From the sequence record ON287376.1: a stretch of 64,000 nucleotides of DNA; one strand, 5' to 3'. Under the pieces are notes generated by a model. That model searched no databases, was not told the DNA's origin, and saw only the letters and a program-made list of their open reading frames with translations. This document shows, one piece after another, positions 1 through 8,802 of the stretch. Position 1 is the first letter of the stretch, and every line of letters begins with the position of its first letter. The position numbers and the translations under genes are program-made.

Positions 1-5
1 AGACG

Positions 6-2519
6 ATGACAATCAAGTTCAACGCCGGTGCGGTAGCGATCAACAATTATTTAACCGAAATAGGTTACACCGTTGACCCTAATGTTCCATCCACTTGGCG
101 TTACTACATGAACCTTGCTGGCAAGTATCATGTCAGTAATCAGCAAATGAAAGTGACCTCCTTGGACACCTTGGAGGAGATTGACTTCACATATGATAAC
201 CTCTTAATCCACCGAGCTACTAAAGCAGCCTATAAGTACGGTTCCCGTTACTACAATGAACTTGTAGAACAATACCCAGAACAGGAATTGTTAATTCGGG
301 GTGTTTTATGGCCAGTGGATATTGACAAGGCGATCGATGCCAAGGACTTCACTATCCTTTATTACGATAGTGACGAGGTTGATCCCAATGAAACGTATTT
401 GATCCAGGATCTCCAAGAATGGATTTACCGGTTTACGTATCGTTGGTATCTAGTATTCGCTGCAGCTGTACAAAAATATTACCCGGCGACGTTTTTTGGG
501 ACTTTATTTATTCACCTAGTAGGTGAGATAATCAGTATTCGTGAGAACTATTGCCGTACTCAATACGTGCATAGCTATCACCTTTGGGCGTACCTTGGTT
601 CCCATGGCCGTCTGAATGCGTACAAGGATTACGTCAACATTACCCAGGCGTTGTGGTTGTACCGTAATATTCGCTACATCGATAACCACGCCGGTAAAAC
701 GACTACCTTCGATGATCTTATCCTTAATATCTTGACAGCCCGTAACATCCCGCTGACAGCTTATTTCCTGCGCCATAACTCTAAGGATGTTCCTGAGTCT
801 ATTCTTCCTGAAGGGGAAGTAGCTAAGGATCCTAAGAACTACCTGGCAGAGTCCGTTCAGGGTATCGAACGAATCTCAATTGGGGAAGCTCTGGATAACG
901 AAGTTAACTCGGCTAAGGATAACGATAAGTATCTGGCCAAGCAGAAAATCGATGTTCCTATTCGAGTGGCTAACGCCATTACCGGTGAGCTGCCTACTAA
1001 GGTGCTCGAGTCGGTCATGATTGACCGTTCTGATTCTGTACCGCACAAGTTTGTTGATACGTTAATGGGTGAGTGGATCTATCTGGCGACTGAAGGTCGT
1101 TACGTAGCGAACATCACCATCCCTAACCCGGCTACGCAAGAAGCCATGTCGATGACGGTAAGGGAAGCCTTGATCCTTTGGGTCTACTGTGCGATGCGTC
1201 AGTTTGAAATGGTACTGGAAGACGTCCCTGATCTGACAGCCTGGTTTGTGCAACGTCTAGCAGCTCCTGAGTTCTCTGAACTGCGTGGTGTGTGCGAACC
1301 TAAGTATGTTAGTGAATCGGCTATCCTGATGGCTCTGACTGAGCATACCCCGGTGTCCACTATTATCTCGACTGAAGCGTTCTACAACACAGTAGCTCAG
1401 ATTCAAAGTAACATTAACGCCCATCGCGTCATGTACACACGTCAGCAAGACTTCCGTGCTCGTGGTCAGATGGAAGTGATGACCAATCGCTTTTACATCA
1501 ACAAGAAATGTCAGTTGTCAGCTACACCGATTAAATACGCAGACTGGTTCCACACCAAGAACTGGGATATGGAGTTGAGTTCCCCAGAAGCGTATTCCGA
1601 TTTCTGTTTCCAGTTAATAGAAGTTGCAACGGGTGCTAACTTGCGCTCGACAATATCGGTGTCCGATGTACACAGCGCCATGATAGCGATCATGACTCAA
1701 CTGTCCAGTTACTCTGTACAGTACGTCCACAAAACTAACGCTTCTCCAAACATCATTGTTGATAACCTGGCGATTCGTTTTGGTGGCATTGAGTCCCGCC
1801 CTAGCGCTGACTTTAAAATTGACCAACGCGTTGAAATCATTAACCAGTACCAACGTGGTAAACTCTCTCCTGACAAGTCTGCATTTGAAGGGATTGAGAT
1901 TGGCTCGAAGTATATTCATGCACCGCACTTCTACCGTGTGTTCTCGTCCGTGGACTTCCTGCCAGATACCCATGTTGCTACTCGTCACCAGATTGAGATC
2001 GCTGAGGTTAGGTTCAAAGGTTCGCTTGCTAAAGATATCGGTCTTGAGATCAGTAAACATGATCTTGACGGCCTGTGGCTTTATCTGGCAACCGCTCGTC
2101 CAATTAACGAAGTCGTCACTAACCCAAGGTTGCCTGGGTTGTGGGTACGCGTACCTCGTGAAGATGAGTACTTACCTAACGAGATTACCAAAACCGATAT
2201 TGAAGGGCTGTGGACGAATGTTATCCCTGGCCCAGAGAAATTGGTCATTGGCAATAAACCACTCCCAGGTCTGTGGTTAGAGCCTATCGTTCCTTACGAG
2301 TTGGAAGACTTTAAAGAACGTCTCGAAGGTTTCGATCCACCTGAGCCATTTAAACCAACTACGTTGGCTGATGGTTTCGATGAGAATCTGAGTGGCTTCG
2401 TTGGGTACATTGAACCTGAGTTTGACCTCTTCAATATAGAGGAAGAACTTCCTGGCTTCGATTCGCCTGATAGCGAACCAAAAGCACCTTACGATTTCTC
2501 TGCTTTGTTTGGCGAGTAA
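6..2519 (+). CDS. Virion structural/baseplate protein (phiKZ gp128-like by recollection) with C-terminal LxG[LF] repeats; the true start may lie upstream of the window
   Basis: 837-aa ORF heading a virion gene run; C-terminal third has repeated DLDGLW/LPGLW/IEGLW/LEGFD/LPGFD motifs. Confidence 0.6.
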   Translation: MTIKFNAGAVAINNYLTEIGYTVDPNVPSTWRYYMNLAGKYHVSNQQMKVTSLDTLEEIDFTYDNLLIHRATKAAYKYGSRYYNELVEQYPEQELLIRGVLWPVDIDKAIDAKDFTILYYDSDEVDPNETYLIQDLQEWIYRFTYRWYLVFAAAVQKYYPATFFGTLFIHLVGEIISIRENYCRTQYVHSYHLWAYLGSHGRLNAYKDYVNITQALWLYRNIRYIDNHAGKTTTFDDLILNILTARNIPLTAYFLRHNSKDVPESILPEGEVAKDPKNYLAESVQGIERISIGEALDNEVNSAKDNDKYLAKQKIDVPIRVANAITGELPTKVLESVMIDRSDSVPHKFVDTLMGEWIYLATEGRYVANITIPNPATQEAMSMTVREALILWVYCAMRQFEMVLEDVPDLTAWFVQRLAAPEFSELRGVCEPKYVSESAILMALTEHTPVSTIISTEAFYNTVAQIQSNINAHRVMYTRQQDFRARGQMEVMTNRFYINKKCQLSATPIKYADWFHTKNWDMELSSPEAYSDFCFQLIEVATGANLRSTISVSDVHSAMIAIMTQLSSYSVQYVHKTNASPNIIVDNLAIRFGGIESRPSADFKIDQRVEIINQYQRGKLSPDKSAFEGIEIGSKYIHAPHFYRVFSSVDFLPDTHVATRHQIEIAEVRFKGSLAKDIGLEISKHDLDGLWLYLATARPINEVVTNPRLPGLWVRVPREDEYLPNEITKTDIEGLWTNVIPGPEKLVIGNKPLPGLWLEPIVPYELEDFKERLEGFDPPEPFKPTTLADGFDENLSGFVGYIEPEFDLFNIEEELPGFDSPDSEPKAPYDFSALFGE

Positions 2520-2585
2520 TCTTAACGACCAAGGATGGTTGTTATGTTAATATTTCAGCTAATGTAACGCCTATCGGAGTCAACA

Positions 2586-3425
2586 ATGGCAAACGCGAAT
2601 TACTACAATAAGCCCACTAACCGATTAGTCTTTGACTTGATCAAAGAAGCTAACCCGGAAGCGGACTTCTCAGAAGATCAAGTAAGGTTAACTAACTTTA
2701 CCCAGAACACCAATGGCGACCCGTTACGTAACACCGCAGGTATTCTGAAAGCAATCCCTGGCATGGGCCGTGAAGGTCAAGAGAACCTGACCTGGAACCG
2801 TCCTGCACTGAACGAGATCTTTAAAGAGATCAGCGTTTACTGTTCCCCTAACGGTAAGTTCAAGAAATCTGACTTACTGAAAGAAATCAACAGTAACTAT
2901 AACTTCCAGCTGGACGCCGGCGATATTTACGACGGCGTACTGAACCTGTCGACTCTGCCGACCAAAACGGTTATCGTGGTGCGCCCTACCTGTCCTGCTT
3001 TTACTGGTCAGTTAGAGATTACCATTGGTGATCCTAAGATCGCTCTGGAGACGGTTATTCGTAACCCTGACCTGGATGGCTTGGCTTACCCTACCAACCA
3101 GTCTGAGAAGATCCAAGGTCCCCTGTACATGTATGCCAATGACTACACGTACGATGCCACTGGTCTTCAGCAGTTTGGTTACGGCGATCCTATCCAAGGT
3201 GAACTCCTGGAAAGTCTTAACCGTAAATCGCCAGACACCTGGGTGCTGAAACCTACCCCTGCTCCGTGGAACGCTAACGGTGCTGACGTATGGTACAATG
3301 GCCCAACTGCTCAGGCCCCGGTCTACGTGAACACTTCGTATCAGCGCTGCTTGGTTATCCACCTGGATAAAGAGTATTGCTCTAACGTCGCTGGTCACTT
3401 GATCCTGCATTACAACATGCCATAA
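2586..3425 (+). CDS. Virion structural protein (phiKZ gp130/131-family-like N-terminal domain)
   Basis: 279 aa; GGAG RBS; N-terminal 'LVFDLIKEANP' domain followed by a DLDGLAYP linker; resembles 5152 and 60787 ORFs. Confidence 0.55.
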   Translation: MANANYYNKPTNRLVFDLIKEANPEADFSEDQVRLTNFTQNTNGDPLRNTAGILKAIPGMGREGQENLTWNRPALNEIFKEISVYCSPNGKFKKSDLLKEINSNYNFQLDAGDIYDGVLNLSTLPTKTVIVVRPTCPAFTGQLEITIGDPKIALETVIRNPDLDGLAYPTNQSEKIQGPLYMYANDYTYDATGLQQFGYGDPIQGELLESLNRKSPDTWVLKPTPAPWNANGADVWYNGPTAQAPVYVNTSYQRCLVIHLDKEYCSNVAGHLILHYNMP

Positions 3426-3430
3426 TAGAA

Positions 3431-3453
3431 GCCTGCTGCAAAATGCAGCAGGC
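3431..3453 (+). terminator. Intrinsic terminator-like hairpin
   Basis: GCCTGCTGCA-AAA-TGCAGCAGGC directly after the stop codon. Confidence 0.7.
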
Positions 3454-3560
3454 CTTATGCTTTATTGTTCGCTTAGTATGGAAGGCATGTTCTTCTTTAG
3501 AACGTTTTGCCACCATCCATTTCCCTGGATGTTTTAAAAACCTGTTTAAGGATTTATCCG

Positions 3561-4094
3561 ATGGCACGTATCGCGTTTAACCCGGCAAACTCTGCCGATG
3601 ATGAATTCACTCGTCTCCTGGTAAATGGTACTACCATCCCAGAGCTGAAAACAATCAAACTGACCACCGACTACACCGTCACCACCCCTGCTGCCGCTAA
3701 CACCGGTGAGAAAGATGGTAACACCGTTATCGGTCTGACCCCTGCGGCTGGCAGTAAATTGTTGAAAGGCGACGCGCGTGAGTTCTACTACGATCGTCTG
3801 AGCATCGCTTCTGAACTGACCCGTAAAGCAGTTAACCTGAAGTCTGCTGACGCACTGACCCCGGCTAACCGCGACGCGTTCGCCCTGACCTGCGTAAAAG
3901 CAGTTTGGGACAAATTCGTTGCTGCTGATGTCGTGTTCAAAGAAGACAAAACTGAAGGCGAAGTTGTAGCGTACGTCTACACTATCAAAGCCGACAACAA
4001 AGTCTTCAACGGCGAATTCACTATCACTTCCGGCGACCAGACTCTCCAGTCCTTCAGCGAGAACCTGGGCGGCTTTGACGCACCGGCTGCGTAA
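3561..4094 (+). CDS. Probable virion/tail-associated protein
   Basis: Start moved to ATG 3561 (AAGGA RBS); strongly biased codons; ends in NLGGFDAPAA, sharing the LxGF motif. Confidence 0.55.
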   Translation: MARIAFNPANSADDEFTRLLVNGTTIPELKTIKLTTDYTVTTPAAANTGEKDGNTVIGLTPAAGSKLLKGDAREFYYDRLSIASELTRKAVNLKSADALTPANRDAFALTCVKAVWDKFVAADVVFKEDKTEGEVVAYVYTIKADNKVFNGEFTITSGDQTLQSFSENLGGFDAPAA

Positions 4095-4104
4095 TAGTTG
4101 ACCG

Positions 4105-4140
4105 AAGAGTCGGAGGGATGACCTCCGGCTCTTATTTTAT
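4105..4140 (+). terminator. Intrinsic terminator
   Basis: AAGAGTCGGAGG-GATGA-CCTCCGGCTCTT followed by ATTTTAT. Confidence 0.75.
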
Positions 4141-4196
4141 GTCACCTTCCCCTCATTTAGCTTTCCACTAGAGAGCTATCGCTTTAAGGATTTAAA

Positions 4197-5135
4197 ATGA
4201 GCGCAAGTACTAATACCAACTTGATTACGCGCACTGTTCTTAGTGGGATGCTGCAAACGTGTTTGCTGGCAGGTATCCCGTTAACAGTTCTGGATTATAC
4301 GACGCTCAACCAGCGTCTGGGTATTAACGAAGATGCTAAGCTGGCATCTAACGAAATGCCTACCTTCGGTTACTGGTGCATCGGTGACAAAGGTCACTGG
4401 GTTGTCCCTACTTCCGATGGCGAAGTTATTATCGAACCAGCTGAACATACCGCCGGTGACTTCGCCCCGTTCAACATGATTCCGTTTGTCATGCGTGAAG
4501 AGTCTAACGACCTGTCTGTAGAAGAGCGTAAGAAGTACGGCCTTCGTAAATCAGAGAACCGCAACGGGATCAACTATTTCTCTTACTACGCCAAGGCCAT
4601 CGACCTGACTGGTAAGAAGCCGCGTATGGAACGTACTACCGTGAAAGACGGCGTTGCGACCACTACCGAATACACGCCGAACAACTCCAACCTGTATCCT
4701 GAGCGTAAAACTCTGACGACCAACGAAGCCGTCACTACCAACTCCGATACTCTGACCGTTTCGTTGACTACTGATGTACTGTTCGACGACAACGACGTTA
4801 AAGAGCTGAACAACGTATCTCGCATCCTGTACGGTAACGAGAAGCGTGCAATCATCTCTGAGATCGCATTGGTATCGGCATTCAAACGCGTTGTACAGGC
4901 GCCTGGTCCTGGCGGCGGTGCTATATCTATCACTGAAGCTATCTGCGCCCAGGTACTGACCTTCCTGTCTACTTATCGTCAGATGTCCTTCGATAACCGC
5001 GGTTTCGTTATTACTCTGGAAATGGGTGCCAACGAACCGATGATGACATCCGACGCGGTGGGTACCAGCTCAGGCCGCGACGCCGTTCAAAACGCACGTC
5101 AGTTGTTCTCTGCGAATATCGCACCACGCGCTTAA
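4197..5135 (+). CDS. Conserved phiKZ-like virion structural (baseplate/tail) protein
   Basis: 312 aa; AAGGA RBS; 'TLNQRLGI..FGYWCIGDKGH..PFNMIPFVMRE..NDLS' pattern recalled from phiKZ-like virion proteins; context. Confidence 0.6.
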   Translation: MSASTNTNLITRTVLSGMLQTCLLAGIPLTVLDYTTLNQRLGINEDAKLASNEMPTFGYWCIGDKGHWVVPTSDGEVIIEPAEHTAGDFAPFNMIPFVMREESNDLSVEERKKYGLRKSENRNGINYFSYYAKAIDLTGKKPRMERTTVKDGVATTTEYTPNNSNLYPERKTLTTNEAVTTNSDTLTVSLTTDVLFDDNDVKELNNVSRILYGNEKRAIISEIALVSAFKRVVQAPGPGGGAISITEAICAQVLTFLSTYRQMSFDNRGFVITLEMGANEPMMTSDAVGTSSGRDAVQNARQLFSANIAPRA

Positions 5136-5151
5136 AACGAAGGAGCGGTAA

Positions 5152-6300
5152 ATGAGTACTATCTTTGGCCACGATACCATCAAGGCTGAAGTTATCGATT
5201 TAATCAATAAGAAGAATGCTCAGTTTGGTGCAGACTTTACCGAGGACAACCTCGAAGTCACGTGGCTCAGCTACGATGCATTAGACCGTCGTCAAACGAT
5301 GATGACGAAAGATCTTTCTGGTCGATACTTTGGTTTACGTGATATCCGCTTCTTCAAACGCGATTACGATCTCCTCTTTAAAGGGATCGACGTAAAGATT
5401 CAGGTAGGTTCAGGCTACAACAACCGCGCGGTGCTCAAAGAGCTTTCTCGTGCATACGGGTTACCTCCATTCGAAGATTACGACTTTGCTCCAGGTCTAC
5501 TGGACATGTCTATCGAAGTAGGTGACCACGAGCAATTGATCGAATGGCCATTTGCTGACTCCAGTTGGGGTTGGACAGGGACTTGCCGATTCAAGCTCCG
5601 TAACATGAAGACCTCGCTGGAAACGCTTATTCCAGATGGTACATTGGATCGATTCCATCCAGAAGAGCTGAAAGGCGTCTTCTACGAATTGGTCAATGGT
5701 ACGTTGAGTGGATTGGATTACCCAGAATACTTCGACCTTGGTAAGATCATTACGATCACCGATCTCGAAGGCTTGGAATACCCAGACGATATCGACTTGG
5801 GTGTTATTATCCATACCACAGATCTGGAAGGTCTGGAATATCCGCCGATGACTGACATCAGCAAATTCCAAACTAGCGATCTCCAGGGCTTGGAATATCC
5901 TCCTGCTTACGACTTGACTAAACTCAATGTCTTTGCATTGGCCGGCCTGGATTATCCAAGTGGTACTGGCGCAGGTCAAACTTCTGCGTACAGCACGACC
6001 TACCCACTGGACTTCTCTGATTACCAACGTGCAATCCGTACTTATCGTTTAGGCGATACGATCACGGACGTTAACTTGGTGAACGTCATTGTTAGCATGA
6101 TCCAGTCTAACTGGACTAAGCTGCAGGGTGAGACTAACAAGTCTAACCTCTTTAACTCCTTCTTGAATGCGACCATCCAGAGCATTGAACAGAAACGTTC
6201 GATCCATGGTTGGACTATTTCGGTTGGCGTTAAGTTGAGTTCTCAACGCGTACTTCGCGGCAATGCCGTGCTGCGTTACGACATCCAATCTGAATATTAA
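5152..6300 (+). CDS. Virion structural protein with five DLxGLxYP repeats
   Basis: 382 aa; AAGGAG RBS; 'EVIDLINKKN' N-terminal domain like 2586; central tandem repeats. Confidence 0.55.
   Translation: MSTIFGHDTIKAEVIDLINKKNAQFGADFTEDNLEVTWLSYDALDRRQTMMTKDLSGRYFGLRDIRFFKRDYDLLFKGIDVKIQVGSGYNNRAVLKELSRAYGLPPFEDYDFAPGLLDMSIEVGDHEQLIEWPFADSSWGWTGTCRFKLRNMKTSLETLIPDGTLDRFHPEELKGVFYELVNGTLSGLDYPEYFDLGKIITITDLEGLEYPDDIDLGVIIHTTDLEGLEYPPMTDISKFQTSDLQGLEYPPAYDLTKLNVFALAGLDYPSGTGAGQTSAYSTTYPLDFSDYQRAIRTYRLGDTITDVNLVNVIVSMIQSNWTKLQGETNKSNLFNSFLNATIQSIEQKRSIHGWTISVGVKLSSQRVLRGNAVLRYDIQSEY
5701..5960 (+). repeat. Degenerate ~60-nt (19-20 aa) tandem repeat, five copies
   Basis: LSGLDYP, DLEGLEYP, DLEGLEYP, DLQGLEYP, LAGLDYP; DNA core GATCT(C/G)(G/C)A(A/G)GG(C/T)(T/C)TGGAATA. 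Confidence 0.85.
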
Positions 6301-6311
6301 TGACGATAATT

Positions 6312-6340
6312 AAAAGTAGGGGCTTCGGCCTCTACTTTTT
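6312..6340 (+). terminator. Intrinsic terminator with UUCG loop
   Basis: AAAAGTAGGGGC-TTCG-GCCTCTACTTTT plus T run. Confidence 0.8.
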
Positions 6341-6383
6341 TATGCTTACTTATTTTTTTATATTAAATCTTCCAGAGGGTCAT

Positions 6384-7028
6384 ATGGGTGATACAAAATT
6401 CAGGGTTATCGGCATCGACCCAGGGAGCCGTTGTTTCGGTTTGTCAGTAATTGAATACGACTTAATCAACATGACCGAAACGCTGGTTTACGCAACTACT
6501 TTCAAACCAGACCCTATTCTTCATGAACGTCATCCGTACATGATCCTCGGGGAGCGCGGCGCACGTCACCGTCTTTGTGAGGACTTTGTCGTAGAGTCTC
6601 TCAAAACGTTCAAGCCACATCTCGTCGTCTGCGAATCTGCCTTCCTTAAATTCAAAGCGGTTAATGCCTACCGTTCGCTGATCGAAGGTATTGTCACCAT
6701 TCGCCGTGCCTTACAACGTTACGACGACACGATGCATTTACTTACCGTTGAACCAAGTGCTGCTAAGAAAGCAGTAGGTGCACGTAACTCGGATAGTCCG
6801 GATAAAAAGTTGATCGTTCGCCTGGCAATAGAGCGAATGAAAACCATGATCAAGAATGTTGCTATTTCTGATCTGGATGAGCACGCAGTCGATGCGGTTG
6901 CAATTGGCCACTGGGCTATGGATAAATGGCTTAGTGAAATGAAATGTATTATTGAAGGAGTGGATGCATGTTCTTCGTCTTCGAAGGAATGGATGGGGCA
7001 GGAAAAACGACTTGTCGGGATGGTGTAG
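6384..7028 (+). CDS. ruvC: Holliday junction resolvase RuvC
   Basis: IGIDPG (catalytic D), VVCES (E), KKAVG and DEHAVDAVAIG motifs; start set at ATG 6384 behind GAGGG. Confidence 0.9.
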   Translation: MGDTKFRVIGIDPGSRCFGLSVIEYDLINMTETLVYATTFKPDPILHERHPYMILGERGARHRLCEDFVVESLKTFKPHLVVCESAFLKFKAVNAYRSLIEGIVTIRRALQRYDDTMHLLTVEPSAAKKAVGARNSDSPDKKLIVRLAIERMKTMIKNVAISDLDEHAVDAVAIGHWAMDKWLSEMKCIIEGVDACSSSSKEWMGQEKRLVGMV

Positions 7029-7618
7029 CTAAACGTCTCAGGGAAATGGGTTACGATGTAGTAGTTTGCCGTGAACCGGGAGGTACTCTCATTGGTGAGC
7101 AGATTCGAGACTTACTGCTCTTTGATGAATCTAAATACTATCAGAAACTCTCTGAATCGTCCCGTGTGCTGTTATTTAATGCTAGCCGTAGCGAACACCT
7201 GGAGCATGTGATTAAACCTTCTGTAGAGGCTGGGAAGATCGTTCTCGTCGATCGTTGGGTTTATTCTACAATCGCTTATACGGAAAACGAATCAAATCGT
7301 TGGGCAGCTGCCAATATTCACAACGAAGTTATTGGCGATTACGAATGCGATCCAGATCATGTCTTCTTCTTGGATATCGATAAAGAGTCAGCTAAAGAAC
7401 GTCTTATGGAATGTAATGACGGTAAGTTGGACGATATCGAGAAACGTATCCTGGAAGACTTTGACACCCATCGTGAACGTTACGAATGGGCTTTCAAATG
7501 CCTTCCCGTTGACCACTCCGTATTAGATGGTACTGATACTATCGAGAATCTGCAGGATATTGTGTTAACCAAAATATTGCAGGTAATCGAAAATGAAGCT
7601 GGGCGAACTCCTCGATAG
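6968..7618 (+). CDS. tmk: Thymidylate kinase
   Basis: FEGMDGAGKTT P-loop, REPGGT, LLFNASR and VLVDRW motifs. Confidence 0.95.
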   Translation: MFFVFEGMDGAGKTTCRDGVAKRLREMGYDVVVCREPGGTLIGEQIRDLLLFDESKYYQKLSESSRVLLFNASRSEHLEHVIKPSVEAGKIVLVDRWVYSTIAYTENESNRWAAANIHNEVIGDYECDPDHVFFLDIDKESAKERLMECNDGKLDDIEKRILEDFDTHRERYEWAFKCLPVDHSVLDGTDTIENLQDIVLTKILQVIENEAGRTPR

Positions 7619-8168
7619 TAGTTATGGCTCGATCGGTATTGGTTATTTGGTTACGACGGACGGCAAGGCTCTCGATAAACTCTTGGGTAAAGCATTGAAC
7701 CTCACGGACTACCATGGTCCGATGACGGCAGATGCCCTCAAGAGAAAACTGGACACTGTCGACGAAACTATCCGCAACCAGATCCGTGACATTGAGATCA
7801 GTGACACGAAGATCAACAATGCGGGTGGTGTGAAGAAAGAGATACGTGACCTGACCGAACCAAGTCCTGGTGAAAGAATGGCACGTAACTGGATGGGTGT
7901 ACTGATGTGTCTGGTTATGGCGGGTTGCAACATCGCAATCACAGCCGCAACGGTTATCGTCTCTATCGCTCGGAAAGAATTCCCCAGCACCATGTTGGTC
8001 GCTACGGTGATTATTCCTACCATGTGTATCGCTTGGTACTACATGGGCATCATCAACAAGGAACGACGAGATATCCTTTCTGCTGTATTCGGGGATAACC
8101 TGAAGAACGGTACGATTGGTGAAATAGTCAGCGTTGTACGTAACCGAAACAAAACTGATCAATCATAG
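7593..8168 (+). CDS. Membrane protein with two transmembrane helices, holin candidate
   Basis: Hydrophobic WMGVLMCLVMAGCNIAITAATVIVSIA and MLVATVIIPTMCIAWYYMGII; adjacent to spanins. Confidence 0.4.
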   Translation: MKLGELLDSSYGSIGIGYLVTTDGKALDKLLGKALNLTDYHGPMTADALKRKLDTVDETIRNQIRDIEISDTKINNAGGVKKEIRDLTEPSPGERMARNWMGVLMCLVMAGCNIAITAATVIVSIARKEFPSTMLVATVIIPTMCIAWYYMGIINKERRDILSAVFGDNLKNGTIGEIVSVVRNRNKTDQS

Positions 8169-8200
8169 AGGAAAGGGGCGTTTGCCCCTTTCCTTATTTT
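8169..8200. terminator. Terminator between convergent genes
   Basis: GGAAAGGGGC-GTTT-GCCCCTTTCC-TTATTTT. Confidence 0.75.
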
Positions 8201-8802
8201 GCATCGTGGGTTTTCTTTGCCTGATCTAAAGCTTCGCGAACGTATTGCTGATACTTCTCAAACGCTCCTTTATACTGCACCAGAGCTTCTTGAGCTGCAC
8301 CTAGATACACGGCGCATTGATCTGCTCGATAGGCTTCCCCTTTAAGAAATTGCACAGACGATTCTGGAAGTTTGGCGTAATAGGTTCCATTACTTCCGGC
8401 TGGACTTCCGGTAACTTGACTTCCTTTACCTTTATCTCCAGCGTTTCCGTCGGTGCCTTTGGTGGCGTCAACGCGCAACCAGACATCGCCAATACTGCCA
8501 AGCTGAGTGCGCTGCTTATCAATATTCGTTTTAGCATCATTAAGGCCTTTATTGAGTTTATCGAAACCGTCATCCATTGACTTACTAAGACCATTCAGTT
8601 TATCGTCCAAACCGGCTTGAAGGCCTTTCTGCAATTCAGAGAGCATTGAGTTACGTGCATCAGTGAGTCGCTTCTCTACTTGTGCGTTGATGTATTGATT
8701 AACCTTAACTACAATGTAGGTAGAGGCAATCGCAATCAACGCAATGTAAATGTAGAGTTTATACTGGCCAAGGAATGCGGAGATCAACCCTTTAGGATTC
8801 AT
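8194..8802 (-). CDS. Rz: Inner-membrane spanin (Rz-like)
   Basis: N-terminal TM (LYIYIALIAIASTYIVV), coiled-coil periplasmic part, C-terminal 'EAYRADQCAVYLGAAQ'; carries a nested lipoprotein gene. Confidence 0.8.
   Translation of the reverse strand: MNPKGLISAFLGQYKLYIYIALIAIASTYIVVKVNQYINAQVEKRLTDARNSMLSELQKGLQAGLDDKLNGLSKSMDDGFDKLNKGLNDAKTNIDKQRTQLGSIGDVWLRVDATKGTDGNAGDKGKGSQVTGSPAGSNGTYYAKLPESSVQFLKGEAYRADQCAVYLGAAQEALVQYKGAFEKYQQYVREALDQAKKTHDAK
8301..8540 (-). CDS. Rz1: Outer-membrane lipoprotein spanin (Rz1-like), fully embedded in the +1 frame of Rz
   Basis: MMLKRILISSALSLAVLAMSG-C lipobox signal followed by Pro-rich mature peptide; AAAGG upstream. Confidence 0.8.
   Translation of the reverse strand: MMLKRILISSALSLAVLAMSGCALTPPKAPTETLEIKVKEVKLPEVQPEVMEPITPNFQNRLCNFLKGKPIEQINAPCI

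Noticed and set aside
5701-5960. CRISPR-like array
   Set aside because: Repeats are degenerate, in frame and protein-coding; no identical direct repeats with spacers; no cas genes.
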